Source: Eledone cirrhosa
Lineage: Eukaryota
Direction: 5' to 3'
Length of the DNA: 64,000 nucleotides
Assembly (NCBI GenBank): GCA_964016885.1
Contig: OZ024742.1
Location: 97,154,001-97,218,000, forward strand
Below, piece after piece: positions 1 to 13,799 of the stretch. The notes below the pieces were generated by a model that saw nothing but the letters and a program-made list of their open reading frames with translations, ran no database searches and was not told the DNA's origin. Position 1 is the first letter of the stretch. Every line of letters begins with the position of its first letter. A program made the position numbers and the translations under genes.

Positions 1-1240
1 TACTGATTTTCATTCCAGCCATGCAGTATATAGCTTCAAATCTATCAAGTGGAAGTCGGATATCACCTTCTTTCGAGTTAAGTAACACCATATCTTCTGC
101 AAACCACCGCCGTGATATCACTTCTAACTCAGCTGCGCATGTCAATACTTTTCATGAAAATATTGAGTAGGAGAGGTGACTGTACGCACCCATCGTTTAG
201 ACTGATTTCCACATTGAATAGTTTCGATTTATCCGAACATAAATACTCGAGCATTTGTATGGAGACCTGGGGGCAACAAGAAGATGACTATCGATCCCAT
301 ACTCCTGCAGAACCTTCCACAACAGAGCCTAAGGAACTCGGTCGTATGCCTTTTCAAGGTCTACGAAACAAGAATATACCTCTTGGCAATACTCCAACGA
401 TTTCTCGAGTACCTTCCGCAGTGTGAATATGTGATCATCTGTGCTACGACTGGGGCGAAAACCACACTGTTCATCAGCTAGTTTGGACGCAACAACCTCC
501 CAGTATCTTTTTGCCAGAAACTTAGAAACTTTTCTGGGGAGGCTTAACAAGGAGATCCCTCTGTAATTGAAACAATCTTTCTTGTCTCCCTCTTAGAAGA
601 TTGGGATTATCACTCCCGGTTGCTATTGCTTAGGTGTCTTTCCAGAGATCAGGTCACCCGGCACACACGATTCAGTCAGAGAATGTATTTTCTATTTAAG
701 GCTTTTAACATCAGCGGCCTTTCCACATTTGAGTTATTTGACTATTCTTGCGACCTCAACCTCCAAGAGATTAGTCACTGCTCCCAGATGCACTTCGTGT
801 ACATCAAATGATGTTGCTGTGATCAGGTTTAGGATCTCAGCAATGTATTCTCTCCAGCTATCGAGGAGGCAGCACTCTGAAGAGAGGAGAACCCATGATA
901 TGTTTCTGATAGCAAGTGTGGAGGAGGACTTCTTATTACAATGTCGGTAGAGGGCCTGCCAGAACACTTTATTTGCTGATCTAAAGTGAGATTCTAGGTT
1001 AACCCCAACGTCCTCCCACGTGTTAAATGTTGGCACCTTTACTGTCTTAGCTGCGATTCTTTGTTCCTGCTTGTATCGCAAGTGCAAGACAGAGGAATTA
1101 TTTCCAAGTCAAGCTTTGTAGGCCTCCCTCTTTGCTCGGATAGCATCTTTGATCTCTTTATTGAAACAAGGGTCCTCCTGCCATCCAGTGCCACACCAAG
1201 ACTCTTTTGCCAGCAGCATTTAACAGCTGGACCCTTTTTT
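1..1240 (-). pseudogene. RTE-clade non-LTR retrotransposon fragment (pre-RT and RT region), frameshifted
   Basis: ORFs 734-1087 and 329-550 give WEDVGVNLESHF...WREYIAEILN and LSLPRKV...EQCGFRPSRSTDDHIFTLRKVLEKSLEY...CFVDLEKAYDRVP, the RT motifs of RTE-type LINEs; broken by frameshifts and stops. Confidence 0.85.
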
Positions 1241-3272
1241 TAACAAGTCTTAGAATTACGAAGTCATCATTAATGTTACCAAGAAGATAATATATAGATG
1301 AAACATGACCGAATGTTTAAGGTGTTTACTTTGAATTCATTAGATCTTGAGTCATAGACCCAATCATTCTGAACGAAATTGAGTAGACGGAAACTGAATG
1401 GAGGCCCTTCAAATTGACTGTACCTGTAATTCAATGGATCAGATATGTTGCACCCTGTCCCCTCAATCTCCATGTGAATTACGTAGCGTATGAACGTATT
1501 TGTAACCTACCCAGTCAATTATGTGTTAATTTCATAGACAGGCTGTCTCATTGATTGAACTACAAGAACACTTATCATCGAAAACAATACAAATCCATTG
1601 CTGTGTAAAGAATAACGTAATAAAATAACACAAAACATAAAATATTGTATCTCAGAGAAAATAACGAGAACTAACATATGAAATAACGACATATAACAGA
1701 AAAAAAAAGAAAGAAATAGAATGATAGACAACAGATAATATAGCGACCCATTACAGATGAAATAATACACAATAGATAAAATAACGACATATGTAACAGA
1801 AGAAAATGACATTTAGGAAAATATGTTCTAATCCTTATTTCCGCGTAAGGCAGAATACAAAACATTACGAGCATATTTCAATTGATACGAAATAAGGTTC
1901 AAGATTGCTTTTTTTAGAACAATTACTTTCCGTGAGAGACCAGCCTGTTGGGTTTGGAATGACATTTAAAAGACACCCTTATGTCACATAACGGAACAAT
2001 AATACAACATAAAATGACAAGAATCTGAAGTCACAGGTCGTTTTAAAGTGATTCAGCTTCCCTGAAAAGTTTATATTTAAATTGGAAGCAAAATAAAATT
2101 TCGAGAAATTCAGAAAAATGTTGCCAACAAGAAAGATACATTTCACACACAAAGATATAACGGAAGTTGAAAAAAATGCCTCCTACTATGATTTATCCAG
2201 CAAAATCAAACATGTTGAAAAGGAAATTCTACCTGAAGGATATATGAAAATAAATTGTAGATGAAAAAGCAGCAACTAATTAATAATTCAATAATGAACA
2301 AGCTGTTGAGAAAATGTCATCTCAGTACGAGTGTATAATGAATACACGCTCGCGCATATGTTGTCAGGAGAAATATATTTGTTAACATGAAGGTAAGATT
2401 AACAATGCTAGAAATCACCTGTTTGTTTGCCGTTGCCTCAAGAATCGATTTGAATGTGAAGGCTGGCTCAGAATACACGTTTATTTCAAGATAATTGCAA
2501 CGCCAGAAGGGAAGACAATGATCCTGGTTATTCTCCTCATCAGGAGCCGGGAAGGAAATAAAGATTGTGAATGAAAGTTTAGTTATTTCAAGTGCTGTGA
2601 AAAATCCTACTGCTCACAAAAGTAAAAGCAACCGAGAAAACCCTGACTCCTAGGCATGTCAACCAATATTTCAAGTGATCAGTAACGTCTGTTAGAAGGA
2701 TGACTTTTGTTTCAATCGTTTCATTCGTAATCTCATTAAAACCCCTTCTGTTTCGTTCTCTGAAACCAAACCATACAATTCTAAAGGTTTCCAAATTGAA
2801 ATCAAAATATTTAAACATAATTTTGTATGAGAAGAATTTGTTACTTTACCAACTTTGAAATGAAATAATTAGTAATTTTAGTAAATCCTTCAATGTTCTT
2901 CATTAATTAATTGAAATAGAATTTATTTGATTTAAAATACGATTATAGAAGGTTTAAAGTATTTTCAACGAAACGAAACAGACTCCACTTTTGTATTTGC
3001 ATTCAGTTGTTTTAAAAACAAGAACTATTTAACCAGACATTATCTCAGAATAAACGAATATAATTAAAGAGCGAAAATTCTTCGTCTGATAGAGTGAACT
3101 CAATTATCTGTAAGTCAAATACAGTTGTTCTAAGCATCTTGCGCAATGTTTTTGTTAGTGTTTGTAGGTATTTCATTCACTCCCCTTTGAACTATCTCCT
3201 CTTTGTGAGGAATCAGCCATTATTATATGCCATCAATGTACTGTGTTGTTTGTTTTTTTAATTTCTGTATAC

Positions 3273-4140
<868 letters not shown>

Positions 4141-4596
4141 AGAAACAATTACTTCCCCAGTCAACTCTAAAGTCATTCAACCATTCAAGCCAATCCCACA
4201 TTCAGCTTGCCTTTGTAGCCAGTATTGAAAGTGACTATCACGACAACAGATTGCTACCACACATATCCCATGTCTTCTTCTTCTCCACCCCATTCACCCA
4301 CTTCTCCTACCCCTTCACCAACTTCTCCCTCTCCTACCCCTCTTCCCCCACTACAGTAATATATTTATTAAAGTAATATATTTATTTAAATATATTTATT
4401 TAATGTACTGCGTCGTTTGCTTTTTTATTTCTGTTTATGTTTACACTCATTATGTATATCAAGGCTTACGTGGACCTGTCAAATTCATTGGTTTCCCACA
4501 TTGGATTTTCACCCAGAAACTGGATTTTCTCCTGGATTCTACCTGGACATTCACCAGGATATCTTTTTGGATCAATATATATATATATGTGTGTGT

Positions 4597-4728
<132 letters not shown>

Positions 4729-4740
4729 AAAGAGAGAGAG

Positions 4741-4891
4741 AAGTAGAACACTGGAAGGTAATATCCGTAGTAGTAGAGCACTCAATCCATGGGACGAGTT
4801 TGGTAGAAGCAGTAACACAAGAGTCCGAGCTGAAGATCCGCTAAGATGAAACAATTGTTCTCGGTATGGTGAACTAACTGTTGTGTTACTG
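4741..4891. mobile_element. Short internally inverted PLE end (family A), same family as 19685-19820
   Basis: 4741-4819 is the reverse complement of ~19745-19820; 4825-4891 matches 19688-19750 in direct orientation; flanked by (TA)n(GA)n. Confidence 0.75.
4825..4864 (+). ncRNA. Minimal type I hammerhead ribozyme motif
   Basis: ccgag-CTGAAGA-tc cgctaa ga t-GAAAC-aatt-GTT-ctcgg: stem I ccgag/ctcgg, intact core, palindromic loop 3 (AATT), predicted cleavage after GUU. Confidence 0.7.
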
Positions 4892-5304
4892 ATTCTCTCT
4901 ATCTATATATGCATACTGTGAGATTCGAAGCCTGGCGCAGAACAAAATACCTGTTGATAAAGTGATATCCTTCTTCGATCATCAAACCAAAAGTGTATTA
5001 TTATTATTATTATTTTTTAAGCAGACAGTATTATGACTTAGGTGTAGCAGAAACCCTCTATTGGATTTTACCATCATTTCCGAGGTCCGGGTAAATATTT
5101 CAATCATATCTTATTTTGTTTGACCCGATTAGCTTGCTCGCTGTTTTTGGCTTGGTGGTTAATGGCTTAACCATCGTTTCAGTTTGTATGGCCTTTTTAA
5201 CGTATGTTTATTGCTCTGGTATATTCCTATCCATTGAGCGCTTGCCAACACAAATCGGAAGTTGCTTTTCGCTAATTACTACTCGCCGAAATACGATTCT
5301 CGCT

Positions 5305-5436
<132 letters not shown>

Positions 5437-5590
5437 GAGAGAGAAAGAGCCATACATCATTTGAGAAACTATATCCTTTAATTTAAATTATTGATGGTGT
5501 ATGCCAAGGTCTATTAAGTTATTTTTATTGAGAAATATAATCATCATACATTTTGTATGTCTTAATACCATTACATAGTATATATATATA

Positions 5591-5649
<59 letters not shown>

Positions 5650-6377
5650 CGTATATACATATAATGTGTGAATCTTTAACATTCTCATCCATACAATGTA
5701 ATTCCGATCCAAGTCATGTTCTGCAATATGATGTTGACTTTCCAATTTAATCCCATATGTCATGTATGGAGATGCCATTGTATCCTATAAATAAATCATT
5801 CTTATTTTTAAACACTTCCACATATCAGTAATGAACATAAACTATAGGATTTCTCTTATACAAACTATTAATTTAACAAAACGAAAATTTCTCAGTTTGC
5901 ATAATTTATTCATGTAACCTGTAATCTTGGTATATAGCGTATACCCATCCCGAACTTAAAAAATAAATACATTCAATTGTATTGCTGTCGTTAATGATAA
6001 TACAGGTCTACTAGGTTTTAAATGTTTACAGACAACAATATCTTGTTAATGTTAAAGATACATTTGTTTGATTTAAAAGTCCCGCCTGCTTTCGACGATG
6101 AGTATTCCAACGATTTCAGTTTACCCAATTGCACTGACAAGGTATGGTTCGATCTGAAGCTATGGTAAATAATATTTCCCCAAGATGCCACGTATTAGGA
6201 ATGAACCTAATGATTGTGAAGCAAACTTCTTAACTGCTCAGTCATATTGCGTTAATTCTCAATCCAATATAACCTTAGTTGCCAGGTACAATTAGTTCGT
6301 TAGATTCAAGATAACCTCACTATCAATATCTACTCACTTATGTAAACGGACCGTCATTTAATTTATCCTAAAATAAG

Positions 6378-6530
6378 TACCGTATTTCCCGGCATCGAAG
6401 ATGCTACTTTTTTCCTAGAATAGGTCTCAAAAATCTACCATGCGTCCTGGAGGCCGAAGCTTGTTTATTATTTTTTTTCAAATTTTTGGTTGTCAAAATT
6501 AGGGTGCGTCCTCGAGGAAGAAATACTGTA
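6378..6530. mobile_element. Tc1/mariner-superfamily (Tc2/pogo-like) MITE
   Basis: TA-ccgtatttc ... gaaatactg-TA: imperfect terminal inverted repeats with TA duplication, ~150 bp, non-coding. Confidence 0.6.
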
Positions 6531-6644
6531 TGTTTTCTATCGCCTGTAGTATATACTTTTATTTAGGCGTGAGTGCTTCTGACCATTTGTTTACTACATT
6601 TCACACTTTTCATTTTCAAACTACAAAGCATTATTTCTTTATAC

Positions 6645-6730
6645 ATTCATCCTTACGGGGTCGATAAAATAATGTACAAGTAATCTACTGAGTAATTGCT
6701 GGCCTTGTGCCAATGGTAGAAACAATTATT
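6645..6730 (+). mobile_element. 3' fragment of the abundant tRNA-derived SINE
   Basis: ttcatccttacggggtcgataaaat...attgctggccttgtgcc...agaaacaattatt matches the SINE 3' half at 63020-63180. Confidence 0.8.
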
Positions 6731-6989
6731 TCTTTATACATATTTAATTTTCAAAATAGATGATTCTTTATTTATATATCTTCAATTTATACATATTTTC
6801 GGATGCCTAGCATATCCGTTTATTAGACAGGTGTTTCTGATGTAAAAAAAAACTACATTAAATATATGTTTATAACTATAAAAATTGCATTAAAAACAAC
6901 TTCAGAGCCTCGAAAATGTGCATTAAACGCATGTTCATAGCAGTAAAAGTTTGCATTTTGGAAATTTATCCGTTTACGATTACACCCAT

Positions 6990-7450
6990 GTGTGCCTTCT
7001 GCATTAGCACATCCCTGCACAATGGATTTGTCCTTGACTACTTTAAGTCAGGAGGTAGATGTCTTATCGGCTGTAGCAAGTGTTATCCTCAAGCAGTAAC
7101 ATCAGAACGAGGATGTTTCATCGGTATTATACATTTGTTCTGCTGTTCAATGTTTATCTATGACGATCTTTACAAATACATCAATGAATTTCTCGGAAGC
7201 TTTATAATCAATAGACGCCTTATCAACATAAACTTTTTCCATATATTTTTTTTAACCTTTCTAAGTGATATTGTAGGATTTACAGTTACCTTCAAAATGG
7301 TTGTTATAGATATTTGCTTGTTTTATGATCATTAGTCCATTAAGGGGCAGATTCTCACTAAGAGTCTTATTAATCCACTCAGTCAACACACGTTTCGTAT
7401 CTTCATTATTTGTTCTATTGTTCATTAACTCATGTTTATTGCTTTCATCA
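6990..7450 (-). pseudogene. Tigger/pogo (CENP-B/Jerky-like) DDE transposase remnant
   Basis: Minus-strand translation LTEWINKTLSENLPLNGLMIIKQA (CENP-B HTH-like) then ASEKFIDVFVKI..EQMYNTDETSSF..TL..KDKSIVQGCANAEGTH (YNxDET and CANAxGTH motifs); several stops. Confidence 0.75.
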
Positions 7451-7629
7451 TAGAATTTCAAGAATGAGTCATTCTGTTTCTGAAAACTGTATATATTTGA
7501 AATATGATAGTACCAAATTGTGAAAATAACTGAAATAACATTCAATCATTAAAGATAACTAGCAGAAAAACCAATATTTATTTACCCCACCACAGATGTA
7601 TGTTGACATTATTTTACGTGATGATCTTA

Positions 7630-8330
7630 TATATATGTATATAAGAAATGAAAAACTGAGCTTTCGAATATTAATAATAATATTCTATTCATTTGAAATT
7701 TTGCAAACAGCCTCTTAAGCCATGTAAGTAGAATGACAACGTCATTCTGGCTCTTATGTTCGCATATAAACAGAACAGCAGACACTAATATTTCTGGGTG
7801 ATTACCCTTCACCAGTACCGTATACTGCTTATCTAAAAACTGTCTGAACTAGTGAATAGCTCAGTTTTACATTTCTTATATTCAGCCATGTAGATCGATA
7901 AAACTATTTGTTAGATATTTAACTATGATAAAGCTGCCCATTAATCGCTCGTATACATGAAACTGACTGGCCTATCTGCTAATATACAAATCTGGCTGAT
8001 CAGTGGGTCTGTTGATATGCAGATCTGACTTATCTGTCAGTCTGCTAATATGCAAATCAGGCCGATCAGTCACTTTATATTCCAGAAAATATCATCTATT
8101 TTCACTAGCTCTGACAGTTGTCAGGTAAGCAGTATACAGCAGAAACATTAGTGTCTTTCTTTCTGTCTATATGCCAACACAAAAGCAAGAATGATGGAGC
8201 CATTCTACTTACATGGCTTAAAGAGGCTGTTTGCATAATTGCAAACGAATCGAATATTATTATTAATATTCGAAAAGCTCAGATTTACATTTCCTGTATT
8301 CGACGATGTAGAGAGATAACACTATTTGTT
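7630..8330. repeat. Old inverted duplication (arms ~7630-7850 and ~8100-8330)
   Basis: ctgagctttcgaatattaataataatatt...gcaaacagcctc.taagccatgtaagtagaatg reappears reverse-complemented at 8190-8283. Confidence 0.75.
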
Positions 8331-8354
8331 ATATATATATATATATATATATAT

Positions 8355-8556
8355 AGTAATAATAATAAATTTGAAGACTAAAATCTAAAGAGGGTTCGAT
8401 AAGGATAAATATATATCAAATATATAAGAACCGTAGAGCAAATATTTATTAAAATAACAAATTAATGTTTAAGCAAAGAAACTGTGCTTAGTGTCAGAAG
8501 ATCCCGTTAAGGGTGAAAGCAGCGATTCTTTGCTTAGACTTAAATCTGTTATTTTA

Positions 8557-8562
<6 letters not shown>
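8355..8562. mobile_element. Fold-back PLE-like end (family D) with hammerhead-like motif having a CAGAAGA core
   Basis: tatttattaaaataaca..gtttaagcaaagaa / ttctttgcttagac..tgttattttaataaata inverted arms between (TA)n; related copies at 20931-21015, 24838-24920, 27990-28145. Confidence 0.6.
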
Positions 8563-8624
<62 letters not shown>

Positions 8625-8689
8625 GGAATATTCAGTGACTAATCGGCCTGATTTGCATATTAGCAGACTGGCAAGTCAGTCAGATCTGC

Positions 8690-8722
<33 letters not shown>

Positions 8723-8724
<2 letters not shown>

Positions 8725-8835
8725 CGAAGGAAATGTGGTAAGGAACCAGGTGGACCATAACGCACCAAAGTACTCATTACTTGAGGTAGTAGAGTGGGTA
8801 ATAGGAACCAGTAAGACCCCGGGGTCTTACTGGTT

Positions 8836-8840
<5 letters not shown>
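8723..8840 (-). mobile_element. Fold-back element end (family E) with perfect 40-bp palindrome 8801-8840
   Basis: ataggaaccagtaagacccc|ggggtcttactggttcctat; body is the reverse complement of 16283-16380; (TA)n on both sides. Confidence 0.8.
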
Positions 8841-8895
<55 letters not shown>

Positions 8896-8961
8896 TGGAA
8901 TATTCAATGACTAATCGGCCTGATTTGCATATTAGCAGACTGGCAAGTCAGTCAGATCTGC

Positions 8962-9026
<65 letters not shown>

Positions 9027-9356
9027 TACAATAACAGAGATAGTTTAAAGCTAAACTCTGACTGGTAACCATCTCACTCAACAAACATTAGGTTATATTA
9101 AAATATAAACCCAATTTAAGTGTTTGGAGTGCTAACAATATGTATAATGTGGAAAAACCAGTTGTATTATTTTATGAGATATAAGTAAAGTTATTAGCGT
9201 TTCTCGTCCATTACGATTTGAAAGCATACATGCATATGTCTGTGTTCGTTTTTTCTGTTTTGTTCAGTTATACTGTACGGCTCGGAAAAACATTTTTCCT
9301 AGAGCTAATTTTACTGTAATGAAACTATTTTGAGTTTCTAACTCAATACATGCTTT

Positions 9357-9486
<130 letters not shown>

Positions 9487-9506
9487 GGGGGGGGTCTGTG
9501 TGTGTG

Positions 9507-9650
9507 TTAGTCATGGATCCCTTTTCGCTTATATTTTTTGGGGGTGGACCCCCTCATAGCTATTCGACAAAAGAATATGTTGTGCCTGTGGACCCCAGGA
9601 ATACTACATGGACCCCCAGGCTCCGTGTGGACCCCGGTTGAGAACCACTG
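9507..9650 (-). mobile_element. hAT (Charlie-like) non-autonomous DNA transposon end
   Basis: Minus strand begins cagtggttctcaaccggggtcc, a terminus typical of hAT/Charlie MITEs, followed by repeated ggggtcca subterminal motifs; other end not seen. Confidence 0.5.
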
Positions 9651-10010
9651 TTCTAATCGAATGGCAGGAAGTATTGTAGCGTGTTGGTGTAATGATAGCA
9701 CATTGGTCCACCAAACCAAAGAAGTTGGTTCGTGTTCCACTCATCTTTTTTTTCCGTTCAGGGTGGTTTTTAAATTCCCAACTAACAGAGTAATTTTATT
9801 TAGTCAAATACGGACTAAGCACATGTTACTACCAATGTATATATTATATGTAGAAATATATACGTATATATAATAAATATATATATTACATAAGTTATTA
9901 AATCCACAATTATGATTTAGGGAGTTAGATATTTCCCCACCTCCCCCTAAATCTTGATATTCTGTGGTGGTGAAAAAAAGATGATTCCTCTGTGTTGTTT
10001 TACTGTTATT

Positions 10011-10197
10011 AATAATTGTTTCTACTTTTGGCACAAGGCCAGCAATCACCCAGTGCATTACTGGTACTTTATTTTATCGTTGCCGTAAGGATGAAAGGTA
10101 AAGTTAACCTCGGCGGGATTTGAACTCAGAATGGTAAGGGCCATAACTCTATGCGTCAAAGCATGGCGTCGAAACCTCTACAGATACTGCCAATTCA
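10011..10197 (-). mobile_element. tRNA-derived SINE, near full length
   Basis: Reverse complement has A-box-like tggcagtatc, B-box gagttcaaatcc, conserved cctttcatccttacgg..cgataaaataaagtacc body and ATT tail. Confidence 0.85.
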
Positions 10198-10284
10198 ATG
10201 ATATCAGACGGTAAGCTGGTTCAGTTGTCAGGACCAGGGTGTCTTTCATCATTTTCATGTCGATAAAAAAATAGTGGAGTCAAT

Positions 10285-13200
10285 TCTTCCTCTATCTCTC
10301 TTTCACAACTCCACATCCTCTTTCTCTCTCTACCTCTCCTTATCTCTCTTTCACAACTCCACTTCCTCTTTCTCTCTCTACCTCTCCTTATCTCTCTTTC
10401 ACAACTCCACTTCCTCTTTCTCTCTCTACCTCTCCTTATCTCTCTTTCACAACTCCACTTCCTCTTTCTCTCTCTACCTCTCCTTATCTCTCTTTCACAA
10501 CTCCACTTCCTCTTTCTCTCTCTACCTCTCCTTATCTCTCTTTCACAACTCCACTTCCTCCTTCTCTCTCTACCTCTCCTAATCTCTCTTTCCTCACCCC
10601 ACTTCTTCCTTCTCTCTCTACATCTCCTTATCTCCCCTTCCTCACCTTACTTCCTCCTTCTCTCTCTACCTCTCCTTATCTCTCTTTCACAACTACACTT
10701 CCTCTTTCTCTCTCTACCTCTCCTTATCTCTCTTTCCTCACCCCACTTCCTCCTTCTCTCTCTACATCTCCTTGTCTCTCTTACCTCACCCTACTTCCTC
10801 CTTCTCTCTCTACCTCTCCTTATCTCTCTTTCCTCACCCTACTTCCTCCTTCTCTCTCTACATCTCCTTATCTCTCTTTCCTCACCCTACTTCCTCCTTC
10901 TCTCTCTACCTCTCCTTATCTCTCTTTCCTCATCCCAGTTCCTCCTTCTCTCTCTACCTCTCCTTATCTCTCTTTCCTCACCCTACTTCCCCTTCTCTCT
11001 CTACCTCTCATTATCTCTCTTTCCTCACCCTACTTCCTCCTTCTCTCTCTACCTCTCCTTATCTCTCTTTCCTCACCCTACTTCCTCCTTCTCTCTCTAC
11101 CTCTATTTATCTCTCTTTCCTCACCCTACTTCCTCCTTCTCTCTCTACCTCTCCTTATCTCTCTTTCCTCACCCTACATCCTCCTTCTCTCTCTCTACCT
11201 CTCCTTATCTCTCTTTCCTCACCCCATTTCCTCCTTCTCTCTCTACCTCTCCTTATCTCTCTTTCCTCACCTTACTTCCTCCTTCTCTCTCTACATCTCC
11301 TTATCACTCTTTCCTCACCCTACTTCCTCCTGTTCTCTCTACCTCTCCTTGTCTCTCTTTCCTCACCCTACTTCCTCCTTCTCTCTCTACCTCTCCTTAT
11401 CTCTCTTTCCTCACCCGAGTTCTTCCTTCTCTCTCTACCTCTCCTTATGTCTCTTTCCTCACCCCACTTCCTCCTTCTCTCTCTACCTCTCCTTTTCTCT
11501 CTTTCCTCACCCTACTTCCTCCTTCTCTCTCTACCTCTCCTTGTCTCTCTTTCCTCACACTACTTCCTCCTTCTCTCTCTACCTCACCTAAATGTCTCTT
11601 TCCTCACCCTACTTCCTCCTTCTCTCTCTACCTCTCCTTATCTCTCTTTCCTCACCCTACTTCGTACTTCTCTCTCTACCTCTCCTTGTCTCTCTTTCCT
11701 CACCCTACTTCCTCCTTCTCTCTCTACCTCTCCTTATCTCTCTTTCCTCACCCTACTTCCTATTTATCTCTCTACCTCTCCTTATCACTCTTTCCTCCCC
11801 CTACTTCCTACTTCTCTCTCTACCTCTCCTTATCACTCTTTCCTCACCCTACTTCCTCCTTCTCTCTCTACCTCTACTTATCTCTCTTTCCTCACCCTAC
11901 TTCCTCCTTCTCTCTCTACCTCTCCTTGTCTCTCTTTCCTCACCCTACTTCCTCCTTCTCTCTCTACATCTCCTTATCTCTCTTTCCTCACCCTACTTCC
12001 TATTTATCTCTCTACCTCTCCTTATCACTCTTTCCTCCCCCTACTTCCTCCTTCTCTCTCTACCTCTCCTTATCACTCTTTCCTCACCCCACTTCCTCCT
12101 TCTCTCTCTACCTCACCTAAATGTCTCTTTCCTCATCCTACTTCCTCCTTCTCTCTCTACCTCTCCTTATCTCTCTTTCCTCACCTTACTTCCTCCTTCT
12201 CTCTCTACCTCTTCTTATGACTCTTTCCTCACCCTACTTCCTCCTTCTCTTTCTACCTCTCCTTATCTCTCTTTCCTCACCCTACTTCCCCCTTCTCTCT
12301 CTACCTCTCCTTATCTCTCTTTTCTCACCCCATTTCCTCCTTCTCTCTCTACCTCTCCTTATCTCTCTTTCCTCACCCTACTTCCGCCTTCTCTCTCTAC
12401 CTCTCCTTATCTCTCTTTTCTCACCCCATTTCCTCCTTCTCTCTCTACCTCTCCTTATCTCTCTTTCCTCACCCTACTTCCTCCTTCTCTCTCTACCTCT
12501 CCTTATCTCTCTTTCCTCATCCTACTTCCTCCTTCTCTCTCTACCTCTCCTTATCTCTCTTTCCTCACCCCACTTCCTCCTTCTCTCTCTACATCTCCTT
12601 ATCTCTCTTTCCTCACCCTACTTCCTCCTTCTCTCTCTACATCTCCTTATCTCTCTTTCCTCACCCTACTTCCTCCTTCTCTCTCTCTACCTCTCCTTAT
12701 CTCTCTTTCCTCACCCTACTTCCTCCTTCTCTCTCTACCTCTTCTTATCACTCTTTCCTCACCCTACTTCCTACTTCTCTCTCTACCTCTCCTTATCTCT
12801 CTTTCCTCACCCTACTTCCTCCTTCTCTCTCTACCTCTCCTTATCTCTCTTTCCTGATCCTACTTCCTCCTTCTCTCTCTACATCTCCTTATCTCTCTTT
12901 CCTCACCCTACTTCCTCCTTCTCTCTCTACCTCTTCTTATCACTCTTTCCTCACCCCACTTCCTCCTTCTCTCTCTACATCTCCTTATCTCTCTTTCCTC
13001 ACCCTACTTCCTCCTTCTCTCTCTACATCTCCTTATCTCTCTTTCCTCACCCTACTTCCTCCTTCTCTCTCTACCTCTTCTTATCACTCTTTCCTCACCC
13101 TACTTCCTACTTCTCTCTCTACCTCTCCTTATCTCTCTTTCCTCACCCTACTTCCTCCTTCTCTCTCTACATCTCCTTATCTCTCTTTCCTCACCCTACT

Positions 13201-13495
13201 TCCTCCTTCTCTCTCTACCTCTTCTTATCACTCTTTCCTCACCCTACTTCCTCCTTCTCTCTCTACCTCTCCTTATGTCTCTTTCCTCACCCCACTTCCT
13301 CCTTCTCTCTCTACCTCTCCTTATGTCTCTTTCCTCACCCCACTTCCTCCTTCTCTCTCTACATCTCCTTATCTCTCTTTCCTCACCCTACTTCCTCCTT
13401 CTCTCTCTCTACCTCTCCTTATCACTCTTTCCTCACCCTACTTCCTACTTCCCTCTCTACCTCTCCTTATCTCTCTTTCCTCACCCTACTTCCTC
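10285..13495. repeat. 48-bp polypyrimidine/polypurine minisatellite, ~3.2 kb (roughly 65 units)
   Basis: Unit ctctctttcctcaccctacttcctccttctctctctacctctccttat; 16-aa periodicity in the spurious ORFs confirms the 48-bp period. Confidence 0.95.
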
Positions 13496-13723
13496 TAAAG
13501 CGGATTTTCGGAATCAGCATGTAACCGTTACTTTTTCTAAATATAAAGATTACACCATTGAAAAATAGGGAAGAGGGGCAGTTGCAGCCAGTGCCTCCTG
13601 CCTCATTTTGTGATGAGCCCCAGTCTGTTGTAGTATGCTAGCAGCCGAAGTGTATGATAAAGTTATATTCGTATAAATACAGAGAGTGTAACCGAGGCAT
13701 ACATACAAGGAGGGTAGGAGAGA

Positions 13724-13799
<76 letters not shown>

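Noticed and set aside
2100-2600. Possible decayed transposase or zinc-finger coding remnant (FVCRCLKNRFECEG)
   Set aside because: Too many stops and no second diagnostic motif; cannot assign
10274-13568. Long ORFs of 421-482 aa
   Set aside because: Stop-free by-product of the 48-bp pyrimidine minisatellite; several frames are open and they switch at unit indels
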